Positions 63,473 to 64,000 of a DNA stretch of 64,000 bases are shown here, piece after piece. Origin of the DNA: Podarcis muralis (taxonomy: Eukaryota); assembly GCF_964188315.1 (NCBI RefSeq), contig NC_135665.1:66650001-66714000 (forward strand), in the 5' to 3' direction. The notes below the pieces were generated by a model that worked only from the letters and a program-made list of their open reading frames with translations, made no database searches and was not told the DNA's origin. Position numbers and translations under genes: made by a program. Within the stretch, counting starts at the first letter, position 1. The number at the start of each line of letters is the position of its first letter.

Positions 63473-64000
63473 CAATGAATACCAGTTGCTGAGAGTCACC
63501 AATGGGGAGAGTTGCTACACTCAGCTCTTGCTTGTGGACTTCCCAGGAGATTTATCTGTTTGGCCACTATGAGAAAAGGGTGCCAGACTTGGGAGTCAGA
63601 GCGGGGGAGGGGCTCTGGCCTGATCCAGGCTCCTCTGATGTCCTTGCTGAAGCTGCTTCTGGAGAGCATCTCCCTCTTGGCTGGCCCTCTTTGCCTTTCC
63701 AAAGGTGGTCAAAGATCCAGTGTCTGCTGCTTTTGTTGCTGGGTTATTTAAGAAGGTGCGTAGTTGGTGGTGTGTTAGCCGGGGGATCTGGGTGTCCCCT
63801 AGCTTGTCCTGCATTTCCTGTATCAGTCAGGGGGTGTCATTTTTGTGGAAATCTGTTGGGCACTTCAAGCCTTTGGCTTGCCATGCTTTTATTTGGATGT
63901 TTGGGGCTGTGTTGTGGGCCAGGGGGTGAGTGGGGATGGGGCAGTTTGTGTTTCCTCTCCTAGTTTAAGGCCCTTAGCCTTAACACCGGCTCACCACAGG

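Noticed and set aside
56100-64000. CREB3 or a second avidin paralogue expected by synteny
   Set aside because: No bZIP motif and no second W.NDLGS exon found; these may lie beyond the window.

Overview
GC-rich vertebrate genomic DNA from a squamate, most likely a lacertid lizard, judged from Sauria-type SINEs, BovB, and lizard L2/CR1/hAT families. It carries the syntenic block NPR2 (exon 1 only, minus; the gene runs off the left edge), MSMP (3 exons, plus), RGP1 (8 coding exons, minus) and GBA2 (17 exons, plus; head-to-head with RGP1). A complete 4-exon avidin-family gene (minus) follows. All exon boundaries were read by hand (GT..AG, phases consistent, frames close to stop codons). Introns and intergenic DNA are dense in transposon remnants. 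Most notable: (1) three non-autonomous Penelope-like palindromic insertions carry hammerhead-ribozyme motifs. In the GBA2 copy the antisense ribozyme is intact, while the host-sense core has been replaced by a 51-nt templated copy of nearby intronic DNA. (2) The lizard avidin keeps the biotin pocket but is near-neutral, lacks an N-glycosylation sequon and has a remodelled subunit interface; its TATA promoter has a perfect C/EBP palindrome. (3) NPR2 has a coding (AGC)6 insertion in its ectodomain. Gene and family names come from remembered reference sequences, not from database searches.
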